Source: Takakia lepidozioides (Eukaryota > Plantae > Bryophyta). From it: DNA of 64,000 bases. A program made the position numbers and the translations under genes. Positions 1 through 13,800 of the stretch are shown piece after piece; position 1 is the first letter of the stretch, and every line of letters begins with the position of its first letter. Location: positions 32,054,001 through 32,118,000 of the forward strand of contig CM060731.1 in assembly GCA_030704615.1 (NCBI GenBank), given 5' to 3'. The notes beneath the pieces are model-generated. The model did no database searches, had not been told where the DNA came from, and saw only the letters and a list, made by a program, of their open reading frames with translations.

Positions 1-3000
1 TCCCAGGCAAATGAGATACTATCCATAGTAGTCAAATTGGAGAAAAATGTGTGCCATAGACTGACTGATTCGTAAGCCTGCAAGCGGTCAGTTACCCCTT
101 CAGATTACAGGGAACTTGCAAAGCCTGTCTAGCCATTCTAGTGCATGGCTCAGTTTGCTGAGTCTTGTCAGCGACAATGCTATTTACATCATAAAGAGCA
201 ATACCTTCTCCCCAAAGCTTGGCACCAAAAGACTCCAAGTAGCTGTCTCTCATGATCAGCCAGCCAAGCACACTGCCAGAGCACGGAAGGTTGAACTCCA
301 GTAGCCTGTATTCCTAATACCGTCACTATGCCTAATCCATTGCCGAATGCCACAATCTCATCCGCTGCCCAAGAATCATCATCATAGTCAGTCGTAACGT
401 TGGCCACTGTTGTAACTAACACATCCATGCACACAATTGGCCCCTCTACATCTCCCTCGGTGAGACTTGCCCAGGCATGCTCTCCTGACTCCAGCAAGCT
501 CAATTGATGGATATGGCCTTGATTGGTAGCAACATAGAGAGTCCTGGGCCCTGAGAGGCGGAGACATCGCACATACTCGCTATCGCTGTTCCATCGCACA
601 TGCACACACCACCACTAACAGTACTGATTCAATTTTTCAATGTGATCTCATCTCAGAATAAAATTTATGTCTTCCTCAAATTTGTAACCTTTTGCAAGTC
701 AGGTATTTCTGTCTGACCAATCACGGGCAACAAGTTGTGTACAAGCCATTGCCCAAAAATAACAATATCAAACAGCAACTCTGCCATCAATTGCACTAAG
801 CACACTACTAACTAAAACTCGAGACCACCAAATACCACAATTCCTGAGACTGAAGTTCTGGGTGAGTTGGGATGGTTTTAAGATAAAAGTTACTCTGGAT
901 GACATGTAGATGACATGTACTAAACCCTTTGTCATTCAACATTGTAAGTTGATTGAGCTGCTTAAAAATCTATGGGATACATACTTTCTTACATTATTAC
1001 TTTCCAACCTAGTTGTAGACAGAATGTACTAATCCTCCCGGCGGGAAACTAATCCTCCCAGAACCCCACACCCACCAGGGTTTAGGTTATTCCAGCTCGG
1101 CTCAGCTACACTTATTTCCAACAACTGTTATTAAGGCACTTAAAGAGGCAGTTGTCCCCGCATACAAACTCAACAACCCGGTTGACAGGGTTATTGCTTT
1201 TAGTTATATAGCCATGCGTTTACCACAAAATGACATGCTTGGGGATGTGCAGGGGACAGGAGGCTTCCGCCCGTCACTCTGGGCTGCGGGGATAGTTGTA
1301 GATAGAAACCTATTGAAAAATTCCCCTCACTAAAATATGGCAATGCCTTGCTGTTGTGGATCTGCAGTTTTCCACTTTGTATCATGAACTTCTTTGGAAA
1401 GATCTTTCCAGTCCAAGAAACCACAAATTACTTGATCCCACTGTGCAAACCCTGCCCGTAATCAGACGAAAGTGATGAAAGTGACATCATTCTCCATCAG
1501 GCGATTACCTATCCATGGACTTGAAGTCACCCTGACCAAGAACATTTGGCCCTTGAAGAGAGACGGAGAAAACCTCAGTGTTCAGCAGTGTATTCTGTCT
1601 TTGTGAAACCTCTGTCTTCTCTCCATGCCCCCTGACATGCACCTTTGCAGCCAACTGGACTAGTGACTGAACTTTGATGGAGGTATCAGCTCCGGCTGTC
1701 ACAAGTGTTGCAGTTTCCTTGTCATACACACACCGCCAAATTCCACGCCCTCTGCCACATTCACATCATACTTGATAGTAACTATAGATCTTTGTCATCA
1801 AAACAGATCTTTTGCGATTCCCAGTCCACAGCCCTGGTTAAAAGATAATTTTGAGGTTTCTTGGAGCCCTTCATATGTCAGGCGTCCTGGGCTTTCCCTG
1901 CATTTTCTTGTTGTTTAATAGTTCTCTCTCTCGTGGACATTATAAAGTACCATTTCATTTCATTTCATTTCTTATGTCTGTCTTTGTCCTTTGTCTACAG
2001 TGTCATTCTACTGTATTTCATGGGCCTCTCAGCCACCTGTGGACGTAATATATTGTCTCTCGCAGTCTACTTATAACAATTATTTCTTTGTCTTCCTATC
2101 TCTCTCTCTCTCTGTGGAGAGGCTACGGCAAATGAGAAGGGCTATCTAGAGGATATCTGCAAAACCGAACTAAGTGTTTATATCAAGGTTAGTCACACTA
2201 CGGGAGTGAGCCCCTCACAAAGGTAGTGTAATTCCCTATGTTCCGTCCAAACGGGGGGTCTATGGCCACAAGGCTATAGCAAACAAAGTCTTATAACTAC
2301 ATTCTCATCGTCTTTAGGCGACATTAGCTTTACTTTGATGTGGGTTTTCTTCGATAAGAGAAGAGAATTGAGCATACAAAAGACTTACGTGTGACCTGTA
2401 AAATTTGCCAAGGGATAGCCCTCAGGTGTCCACACACGGCATGTACAGTCCTCGCTGGCAGTGATCAGCAGCTAGGCCCCCACCTCAACCCCATCATATA
2501 GCCTCCCATTAGTTGGCTCTACTGTGGATATCACAGTCTGCAAGGTCTCAGGTCAACCAACAAGATACTGATAAACAATGGTGCTCACTTTGTCAGCAAT
2601 GTGGCAGTCCCAGACGCGGCCTCCATGCCCATACAGCACTGGCCCTGCTTGCACACACATGTCCCCTGACCATGGACCTTCATTACAAGTGGGACTTTTT
2701 AAGGAACTGGAACTCCATATACGAACACTGCCATAACCACCAGAGACAGAAAATGCTTTAAAGGTACTGCAGCATACTCCTGGAGAAGGTGTATTCATGG
2801 CCTTTGGAACTAAACCAAGAGGAGGGAGTGGGATGTGAAGACCTAGTGTGTAGAGCTAATAGTACCACATGACAAACGTTGCAGACAATCAAGCATTGAA
2901 TGACACAACCGCGAGGCTCTCAAATAAATTGCTGTGAAGTGAACTACACATTTTTTACCACATATAACAGAAAGTACAAAGTGTAATCATGTTTGAAACC

Positions 3001-5347
3001 CAGCTAAGGTAAAAGATGACTGTGAATAGAGCAAACCTGCGGTCATCAGAAGCTGAAGCAAGGTGGAGTCCATCATCAGACCAAGCCATGCGATGAATGG
3101 AGCCTTCATGCCCCACCAGCTCTTGCAGGGGTTGGGCAGTCTGTACCCATAATAGAGAGTTGTCTCCTTTCCCATCTGCAATCTCAGCCAGCATCCTCTG
3201 ATCTTGCTGCTCTTCCCCTTCACCCCTAGTCTCCAGCTTAGCAAATCCCCTGAGTACCTCAACTGCCACCATGGATGCTTGGCTTCCCAGTTTCCATATA
3301 AGCACCTACAGGAACCATCCCCCAGGTTGATCACATTACACCGTTGTGATCTGTTCATGAGGGTGTAGACACAAACAGCACCTCTTACTCAAGCTAGTTC
3401 TACCTTCTGATGTACCTAGGAAGACACCTATACTGGTGAAGACGCATTTATGAACAGGGATCAAAACTATGATGTGTTGAAGGGTCATGTTCCCCCAAAA
3501 TGCAGCCAAGGGACTAATTCCTAAAGTCATCAGAAGCAGCAGATAGACTGACCTTGTTGAAGATAGTTCCTGCAGCTACCTGCAATGTCTCGATAGAGAC
3601 ACCCCATAGCCTCAGCGAGTACAATAAGCTCCTTTCTGTGGACCAAAGAAAGAATTTGTGTTATATTTTTCCTTAGATTTTCAAAACTTACATGTCCCGG
3701 TAATCAGATGCGACGGAAGACACGAACCCACTTGCAGGATGGTTGACAACGGACAAACCTATGGCTTTTGGACAAAACCTCAAGGGGAGTGGAAGCTATC
3801 TACAGAGAGGGGGAGTATTGCAATTGTGCTATACAGGTGCACTGAAAGCTCTGCTTTTCCATCTCTTTATCCACATGTGTCAGTCTCAACACTCTCCAAA
3901 TACGTTGTCTGTCAGTATATCTCATGTGACAATAAACAGTGTTGTTCAAAAGAATGCCAGACCTTTCTTCCACAGGCTCTCCTCTGGCGCTAGCAGACCT
4001 GTCCACTGTTTAATAATCACTTGCAATTCAAGAGTCATTACAAATTACATACGCCAGGCTCCATTTGCTGCTATGTGCCCAAGGACCAAAAGGACATTAC
4101 TCATCTTATGAACTATGACTGAAGAGTAAAGGCATTATTACTCACCAGAGCATTCAACCCTGTAGATGAACACGCATTGCCGCAAGTCCCATAGTGAAAC
4201 AGAATTGTCGCTCAGACCAACAGCAAGCAATATTCCTCCCTTTTCTCTTTCAGAAAATGCACTTGCCTACTCCCCAAAATGCACATCAAACCAGGTTAAA
4301 TTGAGTGGTCAGAATGTGAGGTACTACAGTGTACAGAAGTTCAGTCAACTGCAAATTGCCACCCACCAGGGCTTTGCAGGGTTGCCGCAATCCAAATTTG
4401 GATTCATGATCCACCAGGGGACAATTTTAAACAACATCCATTTAAAAGCCAGCATTCTGTGGACCCTGTGTGCCAAACCTCCCATATGATGCCATCGTGA
4501 AACATTCCACAGAACCAGTCACCCACAGAGTGCTTATCCCAAGTAATTAAATTTCTGCAAATCCTTAAACCCTAAACCCTATGAACCTCCAGCATTAATC
4601 GGCGGTTTTGTACCTGCAAGAATCTGACGTCAAGAACCCAATGGAACAATCGTGGTAGAGACTGTCTCAACAGAAATTCTGGCAACTTAGCCAAGTCTGC
4701 TTGACAGGTGCTGTGCCGCCAATAGAGTTCAAACACCTTTACCCGCCGCTCTCCATGCACAGCAATGGTTGCTGCTGCTGCCTGCACTGTTGGTTCAGGT
4801 GTCACTTTCAAAGGCCTTACAGAGTGAGGAAGCGCATGAATTCCATACACTCGAACTCCATCGAAAGCATGCACGGAAAGGAGGAGCTTCCCTGTCGCTA
4901 GTTCGTACAGTAGCAATTGCGGCCCAGTTCCTGGAACATTGACGGGAACATGTCAAGTCACAGACAGCCCCATGTGTGTGTGTGTGCATGTGAGGGAGAG
5001 AGAGAGAGAGAGAGACGGAATCTCTTGCAATTTGGAACACACTCGCATGTCAGGACCCGCTGTTGTTCCTGCATTTTTGCTTATGGTTCATACAGTTCAA
5101 TCTACAAGTTCAGCGATCTCTCTTCGCCAGCAGGAAGATTCCTCAGAAAAATTGGCTCTCGCACACTGCTAGAGGTAATTAATACTTCCAGATGATCACA
5201 AATCTACGTGTGAAGAAGATAGCGGGTTACAGCACCTGCAAGCAGGTATGGAAGCGGTGACGAAGAGAGTGAAGGAAGCAAGCAGAGTGCCGACACATCT
5301 CCGAGGTAGGGGCCCTTGTCCAAACTGGTCCGCGTTAACTCCCGCAT
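1..5347 (-). CDS. WDR6: WD40-repeat protein WDR6/Trm734-like (partner of tRNA 2'-O-methyltransferase Trm7/FTSJ1); multi-exon, 3' part runs off the window
   Basis: ATG at 5347 (MRELTRTSLDKGPYLGDVSALC...YLLAG). Spliced exons encode VHAFDGVRVYGI, WVLDVRFL, LAVGLSDNSVSLWD, LYSLRLWG..VAAGTIFN, LVGHEGSIHRMAWSDDG..ASASDDR, LYGHGGRVWDC, ITASEDCTCRVW, WRCVYD..LVTAGADTSIKV and SEYVRCL..LYVATNQG. GT-AG boundaries were found for the exons. Confidence 0.85.
2145..2306 (+). repeat. Dispersed repeat fragment in a WDR6 intron, homologous to 52202-52357
   Basis: Blocks TCTAGAGGATATCTG, ATGGCCACAAGGCTA, GCAAACAA.GTCTTAT and TACATTCTC occur in the same order at both loci. Confidence 0.7.
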
Positions 5348-6468
5348 CGCCCCCACCTCTCTGTCTTTCTCTCCCTCTTCCTTGTTATTCAATTCCCCCC
5401 CCTAATCTCTTAAGTTTCCTGCTGCACGACCAATCTCTCTCTCTCTCTCTCGCTAATTCACCAAGAATGTGCACAGCATCTACACCTTCACTGGGCACCA
5501 ATACACCCGACCAGGATTTAGGGCAAAGGGTGCGTGTATTTCACTTTTGCTTTTTCACAACAAGTAAATAAGAGCGTTTTTGACGATGAAAGGGGGTTAA
5601 TTTTCCCCCTCCTCAAGGGCCTGAACTGTCCTTTAATTGGCTCTCTTCTACAGAAAGAGAGACTTTCCAACATGTTTAAGTCAATGGAAATAATATGGTC
5701 AAAGGAGGTGTTGTGCTGAGTCATGTCTGTGTGACAGTCAACTAAACAACTACAGTACTATCCCCTTCCTTGTCAAGTTTTTGAAGATGTTATCCTGCAC
5801 AATACAATTGGACAACTCTCCTTTGGGCTGTTTTTTGGAGCTGGTTTTGTTTCCTCTCTTGTTTCTTCCGTTTAGTCCCATAAAGCTTTCCGCGGACGTT
5901 ACAAAGCACAATTTCATTTCTCCTATGCCTGCCTTCTACAAATAACAATTGGATTGCAATTGAAAGTTTTCCAATGCAATTCATTTTGATTTGCTGCTGT
6001 ATGGTTTCGAAGTCCCTTTGCTTTACTGGATTGGAGCTGGCAAATTTTTGATAGATATGTTGGCATTTAAAAAACACCGTCAAAGTACCCTTGGAAGAGC
6101 ATAGTGCATAAGAGAAACATATTATATGACATAACATATAACAAAGCAGTAAAGCCATGATAGTATGCTCCATGACATATGCACAGCAAACCCACACTCA
6201 TTAGAAGTCCTAGAAAGAACTTACTCAACTTGCAATAAAATGATGCACAGATTTGGTGTTTAGCAGAGATAGTCAGGGGGAAGCGTGCCAGATGTATCCA
6301 GCTGCACACTTGGTCATCAGGATGCAATACAATACAACAACATCAACAGTGTCCATCAAAGATCTCCAGATTGGGTACGCACCTCAGCCCCAATTCAAAG
6401 TTGGGTCCCAGCAGCTGAGCATTGCCATTGGCAGGTTACGGCGGCACGAGAGAGAGAGAGAGGAAGAC

Positions 6469-9360
6469 TTAACGAATGCGAGTCAAGCAATTGAGAGCAC
6501 TGCCCACCTCCTTGGTCCTAGTTTTGGAAGCCACCTTGGTATCAGGGCTGCCAAAAACTTGCCAGAAGCGCAGTGTCTCATCACCAGCAGCCGATGCCAC
6601 TGTGAACCCATCCGGACTCTACAACACAAGGTGACAAATCAGAGTTTTCATCATTAACATTTTCTGGAGATTGGTACAGATGCACATGAAAGAACACAAT
6701 CATAATCTCAGCAGATAGAATATGATTTGTATTAATTGATGTGAAGTATACACACCTGAGTCAAATGAAGAACCCTTGATGTGTGGCCAGTAAGCTCAGC
6801 CATCTTGACCATGGATGGATATTTCCACAGGCACAGCTGGTTTTGACTGAAACCATGTGAGCTTAAAATTTCTCTTTCATGCTTGCTCCACTGCAAAGCA
6901 CAGACCTGGCAAATGTCCACCTGACTTAGATCGGATATTGGTGCGTTGATAGAATTGCACAAGATACAGGACAAAAAACAAGCGGACAGTGCTGGACAGG
7001 ATAACATGAGACAAAGAGCTAGCATACTTGAGAATTTGTGTCAATACTGTTCAGACATGCCCCGGTGTGTGTGTTCCAGAACTTGATGCACCGATCGGCC
7101 GTGCCACCACCTGATGCCAACAAGTTGCTTTGGAAGGGGCACCATGCCAAGGCTTTCACAGCTGCCTGGTGATCATCTAGGCGGTGAAGATAAGGGCTGG
7201 GTCCACCAGATACTGCTGCAGCTGCATCCCATATGTGTAGCAGGTTGTCATTACCGCCACTTGCCAGTTGCTGCCCTGAGAGCGACCACTTCAGCCCGCA
7301 TACCTCTTGCTCATGGGCAGCCATTGTGCCTACAATATGCTCCCGGATTCTCACTGTTGCATACACCACACAACTTAGAGTGAGCAGTTTGGACTGACAA
7401 GTTTTCTTTCTCATCACACCCACCATTCAGGATAGACTCAAGCTGGTAGCAGTTGATGGAAAATGACGAGATGGAGTGTAACTCACCGTCGTGGTTAAAA
7501 ATCATGCTGTCCCGACCCCCAGTGCTAAGAGTGGGACCGTTCCAGGCAAGACTGCCCACACGTGCAGTGTGACCCTTTAGTGATCTCAACTGCACATGTC
7601 ATCAAGAAGACAGAGTGACTTTTAGCAAAGTGATTCCAGCAACTAGCACAGATAGATGAGTCAAAATTTGTGAGCTCAGTCCGGAAGAGATGTTTACAAA
7701 TGCCATGGATCTACTTGTGCTGTGAATCTCATTGTGAACGAGAGGGCCTGTCTGTCCACTCACCTCGAAAGAAAAATCATGTGAAACCCTTTCTCTCTTG
7801 CATGACCCTATACCACACATCTATTTCAAAGTAACAAGATTTTATACCTGACGCAAGGAGGTGGAGTCCCACAGCTGAACATCAGAGTTGTTCAAACCAG
7901 CAGCAAGGTACTTTCCGTCAGGGATGTTTACAAATGCCATGGATCTACTTGTGCTGTGAATCTCATTGTGAACGAGAGGGCCTGTCTGTCCACTCCCCTC
8001 GAAAGAAAAATCATGTGAAACCCTTTCTCTCTTGCATGACCCTATACCACACATCTATTTCAAAGTAACAAGATTTTATACCTGGCGCAAGGAGGTGGAG
8101 TCCCACAGCTGAACATCAGAGTTGTTCAAACCAACAGCAAGGTACTTTCCGTCAGGGGCCCATGAGACACTGGTCACAGGACCCTCCTCCTCAACTGTGA
8201 GCAACTCCTCTATTGAGCTGGTAGTTGCATCCCACAGGTACACTGTAGAGCCCAGTGCCACTGCCAGGACATTGTTGGCACTCCAATCCAGCAAGTTAAG
8301 GTAGTAGTCATCTAGTAGCTCTGGCGCATCGAGTGTTCTCTCTGCTGCCTGTTTCACACCATTCATGAGTGTGTTACACCACCATCATACAAATAGGAAG
8401 AAAGTAATGGATGACTATGAGACCCTATAGTCCCACTATTTCTGTTCTGCAGCTCATCAGCAGCACAACATTCACAAATAGAGCATACCTGAGGAATGTG
8501 ACGAAACATTTTCCGGGGCTTGGCCTGAGCGGCTGCCACATTTTGAGAGTATAGGAGTTTTCGGTCATTCTCGAATCCTTCTGGTGGGGGAGGTGGCTTG
8601 CTCTTGAAGGCCAGAATGCGACTCTGCTTTTGCCCATCATTGCGCAGCAGGTTTTCAGCCAGCTGCCTCTTGTACTCTTCCTGCCAACAGAAGAGAGGAT
8701 GACTTTTTGCAGATAGGACCCTGTCAATGGCTACAACCAAGAACTTCACAGACATACCAGTAGTATCGGAACTCAAATACGCCTCATAACCATCTACCCT
8801 GAATGGCCAAGCATGTGTAACCATACAAATGAACATACCTTTGAAGGAGAAATAATATTGGAGTTGTTGGAATTCTCCTTGGAAAGCATGTAGTTAGCCA
8901 CTTCAAAATCCATGGCACTGCGATCTGTGATGAAGCGATCACTCTGTACACACAACGGTCACCATGCAGTCAGCCATCATGGGAGTTCAATTGCGACCAC
9001 TGAATTTCTACACTGCATAACCACTCACATTCCGAGTAGTCTCAGCATTCTATGCACGGAAGGTGTACATTACGAGCTGGAACCAACTTTGAACCCAACG
9101 TAGGACTGAGATCCTCAGCAAGTCCCCTACACACTCCCCATATTATGTATGGTTGGACCTGACATAAAAAGCATGTATGATGATGCAAAAATCTATTACA
9201 GAATCCACACGGAAAGAGGACATACCGCTCTGCCAGGAGTCTTGCTCTTTGGAGTCTTTTTTGAGAGAGGCTCGGGGCTGACGTGCTCTCTGAGAGGACA
9301 CCGATCCCATCGACCTCCCTTATTAGAGGACTTGCTTGGCGTCTGGATAACCTTAGCCAT
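6469..9360 (-). CDS. CDC20: APC/C activator CDC20 (Fizzy), 8 coding exons
   Basis: ATG 9360. Exon 8943-8839 has C-box-like DRFITDR and KEN. Also [10 protein letters not shown] (Mad2-interacting-like), [27 protein letters not shown]40 repeats ([43 protein letters not shown]) and a C-terminal IR tail (LTRIR*, TAA 6471-6469). Confidence 0.97.
7690..8157. repeat. 234-bp tandem duplication spanning a CDC20 exon 3' end, donor site and intron
   Basis: 7690-7923 vs 7924-8157, about 3 mismatches by eye. Confidence 0.95.
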
Positions 9361-9764
9361 GTTCTGCATACAACTTAGTAAAACCTTCGCACCTCTTACC
9401 GAAGGTGACAAAAAACCACAAACAAGAATTGCAAATATCCAAACAAACAAACAATCAACGCAACTCAACAATGATTCCAACGAAGCAGAACCAGATTAGA
9501 TTACAAAATTGTATACAAACAATGCAGCCAGACGCGCGAGCCAGTTTGCACAGAAGTCAGTAAATGGGAGAGCTTTAGGGCGGCAATGTAATAGGCAGAA
9601 AAGCCTACACAGCCCAGCTACTCTCCACAGATCAAACGTGAGTCACATGAACGTTTTGCAAGCAAAGCATATCACAGAACAGAATCCATTCCAGATCACC
9701 GAGAGCTTCACAACTCTTTGATGTACTGTAGAGAACGTAGCGCAGCAATTCTTGCGGCAGCTGC

Positions 9765-9818
9765 TTTATACCTCGCGCTGCCCCCCCTCAACGGTCACTC
9801 CGCACCTGAGAAACGGCT
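9765..9818 (-). promoter_or_regulatory. CDC20 core promoter: TATA box plus two MSA-like (AACGG) elements
   Basis: TATAAA on - strand at 9770-9765, CTCAACGGTC 9787-9796, AAACGGCT 9811-9818. MSA/MYB3R sites are established in plant G2/M genes including CDC20. Confidence 0.65.
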
Positions 9819-10839
9819 CTTTTTCTTTTTCGTAAGTTCTGAACTGTCACTTACTACAGTTGTCAAAAACAAGAAAAATTAAGAAACGATATTAATTTAC
9901 TACGGGGAAAAAAAAAATGGTAAAAAAAAGAGCCAAGTTCTGGGTTTAGGGTTAGGAGTTATGAGATCTTGACGTATTGAGCACAGTATGGGAACATATT
10001 CCTTGGCATATCTACGAGATGGGAACAATATGAGAACTTCACACGAATTTAGCAACAGGTAAATCCTAGCCTTAGAATTTGCCTGTCGCCACCTGTCCAG
10101 GTTCCAGGGGCAGAACGTGGCCCCCAGAAACTAACATCCGCATAGCAAATTCATGGGGGTGTAGGCATGTTCTGGCAAAACAGGTGACCGCACCTAGGGC
10201 AAGCACACTCTGACCATGAAATGGCCTGGAAACGAGCAAAACTCCATCAACGTGTTTGGAAATATCTGACCGTAGGGAGTTCCCATCCAAGAAAATAGAA
10301 TTTAGGGAAAATAAAATGCATTTCATATTTTGACACACAACAGGTCCTCAGGACGAATGGTCATCGCTATTTCATCTCAATTGGATGAAACTGGATGATG
10401 CTAGGTGCAAATATGCCGGATTAGGGTTGCAACAAAGATCCTAAGATTCCCAGTGGTTTGCTTTCGATTGCTAATTCGGAATTCCTGACTCGAGTAAGAA
10501 ATGTGAATCTATAAGTAGTGATTTCTATATCTGGCTGCCAAGATGAGGAGTTGTTGTCTCTCCTAATTCAGTGAGGGCTGTATACTCGCAATCATTGGCA
10601 GTGGACAATTGTGATCTCTTCAAGCTCTCCCTGTCAATTTCCGCTTGTTTGGGAATTTGGTTGGGGCTATGCGGCGAGGCTACTTGGTATTGTGAGATCG
10701 GACCATATAAGGGTTATGCAGATTTGTCTGAGCCAACGGTAGCACCGATTGGGGCAGTTTTTCGAAGTGAGGCTGTCGAGGATTGAGTCGGGGGAACTGT
10801 GTGTATGAGCAGTTACAAGAAAATCGCTTGGCATCAGTT

Positions 10840-13800
10840 ATGGGCAAGCAGTGCGGGTTGTGCCAGGAGCGACGAGCAGCTTTGCGGCGCCCTAAGACAT
10901 TGCAACAGGTGCGTGAATTGTTTTTGTGATTCGTTCCGGTTCTTTGAGGGGAAATTAATGAGGGGAAGGTGAAGGGATGTAAGTTAACTCCTGGCGAGAG
11001 ATGACAAGACTTTGTTAACCGCGAAAGAGTAACCGGACTTCTGTGGACCTTGGCTGTCCCACAACCCCTCCCTAGCCAACCTTATGTTTAAAATCACAAG
11101 GGGATGACACCTCAGAAATTGCCGGCTCCCTCGGGTACAGCTGACTGCCATCCTCTTTCACTAGATTATCGCAAGAATGGCTATTACAGATGGGCATACA
11201 TTGCTGTGATCGTTCTGCTGGTCACACGGTAGGACCCGACAGAGAGAAGGGGCTAGTTGTGGAGTGTCTACCCCTTTGCAGTTCAACCCACAAGGCTATC
11301 TTTTTTAAGCATAAGGTGAAAATGCCAGACTGCCCATCTTAGATCTAGCTGCTCTATGTACACAGGTCTGTCGGGATTGTTTCTATCGTGTATTTGAGGA
11401 GGAGATCCACAAGACAATTGTTGATAATAAGCTTTTCAAACCTGGAGAGCGTGTTGCAATAGCAGCCTCTGGTGGTAAAGGTGGGCCTGTCTAACCTTGT
11501 ACTATCAAGTGTCTGTGTTTCTGTTCTTCCATGATTTGAAGGTATCTGATCTGTGAAGAGGACCAGGAGTTTTATAATAGGCCATGTTTTCACAAATGCA
11601 TCTTGAAAACCAGCCATCTCACAAGTTGTTGTTCTATCTGAAGAGTTGTAGTATCTATCAACTGACATGAACACTGTTTCTGTGAAAGAGCCAACTTAAG
11701 TAATCACCATTATAACGATGTGAGCTTGGTGGTCATGGTCTAGACATTCTGTCACCAATGTCTTCTCTTTGCTTATAGAGGACTCAAATGCAGGTTTCAA
11801 GACATCTGGTTCAGGATGTGGCTTCAGGATGACAATTTCGAGGGAAATTCATATTCTTACCTGCAATGTGCATGGAATGCAGATTCAACAGTGCTGGCAC
11901 ATGTGTTAACGGAGCTTAATAGAAGGCATAACTACGGGCTGGATTTGTTCCTACTTTCAATTGACGAGGGAATTACTGGCTACAGGGATGACTCGCTGGA
12001 AACTGTCAAGCGCAATGAAATCCAGGTGCAAATGTTTTAAGATGAATATCTCTCAATACTAGTTTAAGTTCAAATGGAAGGATTCCATGTTGCATGCTAG
12101 GGTTTAAGCTGCAGGCTTTAACAGGGGCAGCTGTGGGGTGCATGAGTGCAGTACGGATTACCATTGGAGGTTGTCTCATACAAGTCACTGTATGGGTGGA
12201 CTATGGACGAGATTGTGCGAGAAATTGGGCGCAAGAATAACTGTACCTTTTGTGGTGTCTTCCGCCGGCAGGTGTGGCTTAGACTCTAACACAAGGGAGG
12301 AATCTAATTAAACTAGTGATTCTTGCTTTGCATACTTTCTCTGTAACATTTGCACTGTCAAAATCGGCACAATGATGAAAGGGAGTCGGTCAGATTTTTA
12401 TCACAAATGACCAGATTTTGGAGTGTCTGGAAGGTTTTGCTTGCTGGACAGAGGGGCAGCAGAATTTGTTCTTGAAATGATGTAGTTTCTTATTATGCAC
12501 CTGAGTATCAGCTTGCAGCCTTTTTCTAAAACTCTGAAGTTGGGTGATTAGGCCTTGGATAGGGGGGCTGCAATGATGCGAGCCGATAAGATGGCAACAG
12601 GCCACAATGCTGACGATGTTGCTGAGACTGTCTTGCTCAATCTCATTCGAGGTGATATAGCGCGGTATTTAGTCCATCCCTTTCATCAATAATGCCCAGG
12701 AGGAGAACTTATCAAATTTGAATATGTCCCCACTACAGTATGGTTAACTGCCAGTCAAGCACCTCTTGTATTTTAATACAAGGTACTAGAGCAGCAGTGC
12801 AGGGATAGACATCGTATTTTGTAGATGATGTCAACGCCAACTCTGAATTCAACACTTAATTTGAGGTAGCCAGATCCTTGGAAATATTTAGGTCGACTAA
12901 TAATATTCCAGGTAAATCGCTCTATTGGAGGTAGTCTTCAGAAGGTAGTGGCCCCCTTCTACGGTTCTCCCACCCTGTCCCTGTCTGTCTGTCTGTCCTT
13001 CTGTCTCATACTGTTTTTATTGTGCAGACTGAGCAGATGCACTGCGATTGTAACAGGAGAGGAGGGGACCCTCCCTCGGTGCAAGCCTTTCAAGTACACA
13101 TATGAGAAGGAGATTGTCATATATCCTCAATTTAGATCTTCATAATTTGAGGGAGAAAGTGGCAGGGACGGTTGATGGGCATGTATGGGGCTCTGGTGGC
13201 CAGGCACACACACATCGCCAATATTCAATCAAGACGAATATGAATGTGGATGTGTATTGTGCTGATTTGCACCTGAAAATGCCTGATTAGTTTCCATGGT
13301 GCGGATAGAGCATCATTATGTCTTTTACTACCTGGAATACAACAGACAATTTTTAGGATGCAAATAACAGCTACGGATTTGTTGAAGTGGGGTTGATGGC
13401 AAGGGGAAGAGGGATGGGTAACTTGTTCTGATCCTGAGGGGATACTTCTCTACAGTCTTGGATACCTTGACTAAGGTTTACGTATGCATATTTCAAGAAG
13501 CTTGACTATTTCTCCACTGAATGTAAGTTCTCTGGACAGCTGTGTAATATTTGAGGCCACTTCATTTTTCAACTTGTGTACGTCAAAACAATTCATTGAT
13601 GGTTTGGTGAGTGAAGGTTTTCTCTACATGCCCATGAGGGACATGTTCTTCATCATTTCCAGACAAGCGACAAGCAATTGGACTATGTTAGGCAAATGCA
13701 AAGGTCTACTTGAAGTTGATGTAGGCTCACTTGGTACTAAAAATTGTTTTAACTGACCAGACAGGTATTCAATACTGTCCTAAAGAAAGATCAGCATCTT

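Noticed and set aside
4566-4581. TAAACCCTAAACCCTA (also GGGTTTAGGGTTAGG at ~9942)
   Set aside because: Only two units; ordinary telo-box or chance, not a telomeric array.
4972-5013. (TG)n(AG)n and other GA microsatellites generating RERE ORFs
   Set aside because: Simple repeats; the ORFs are artefacts.
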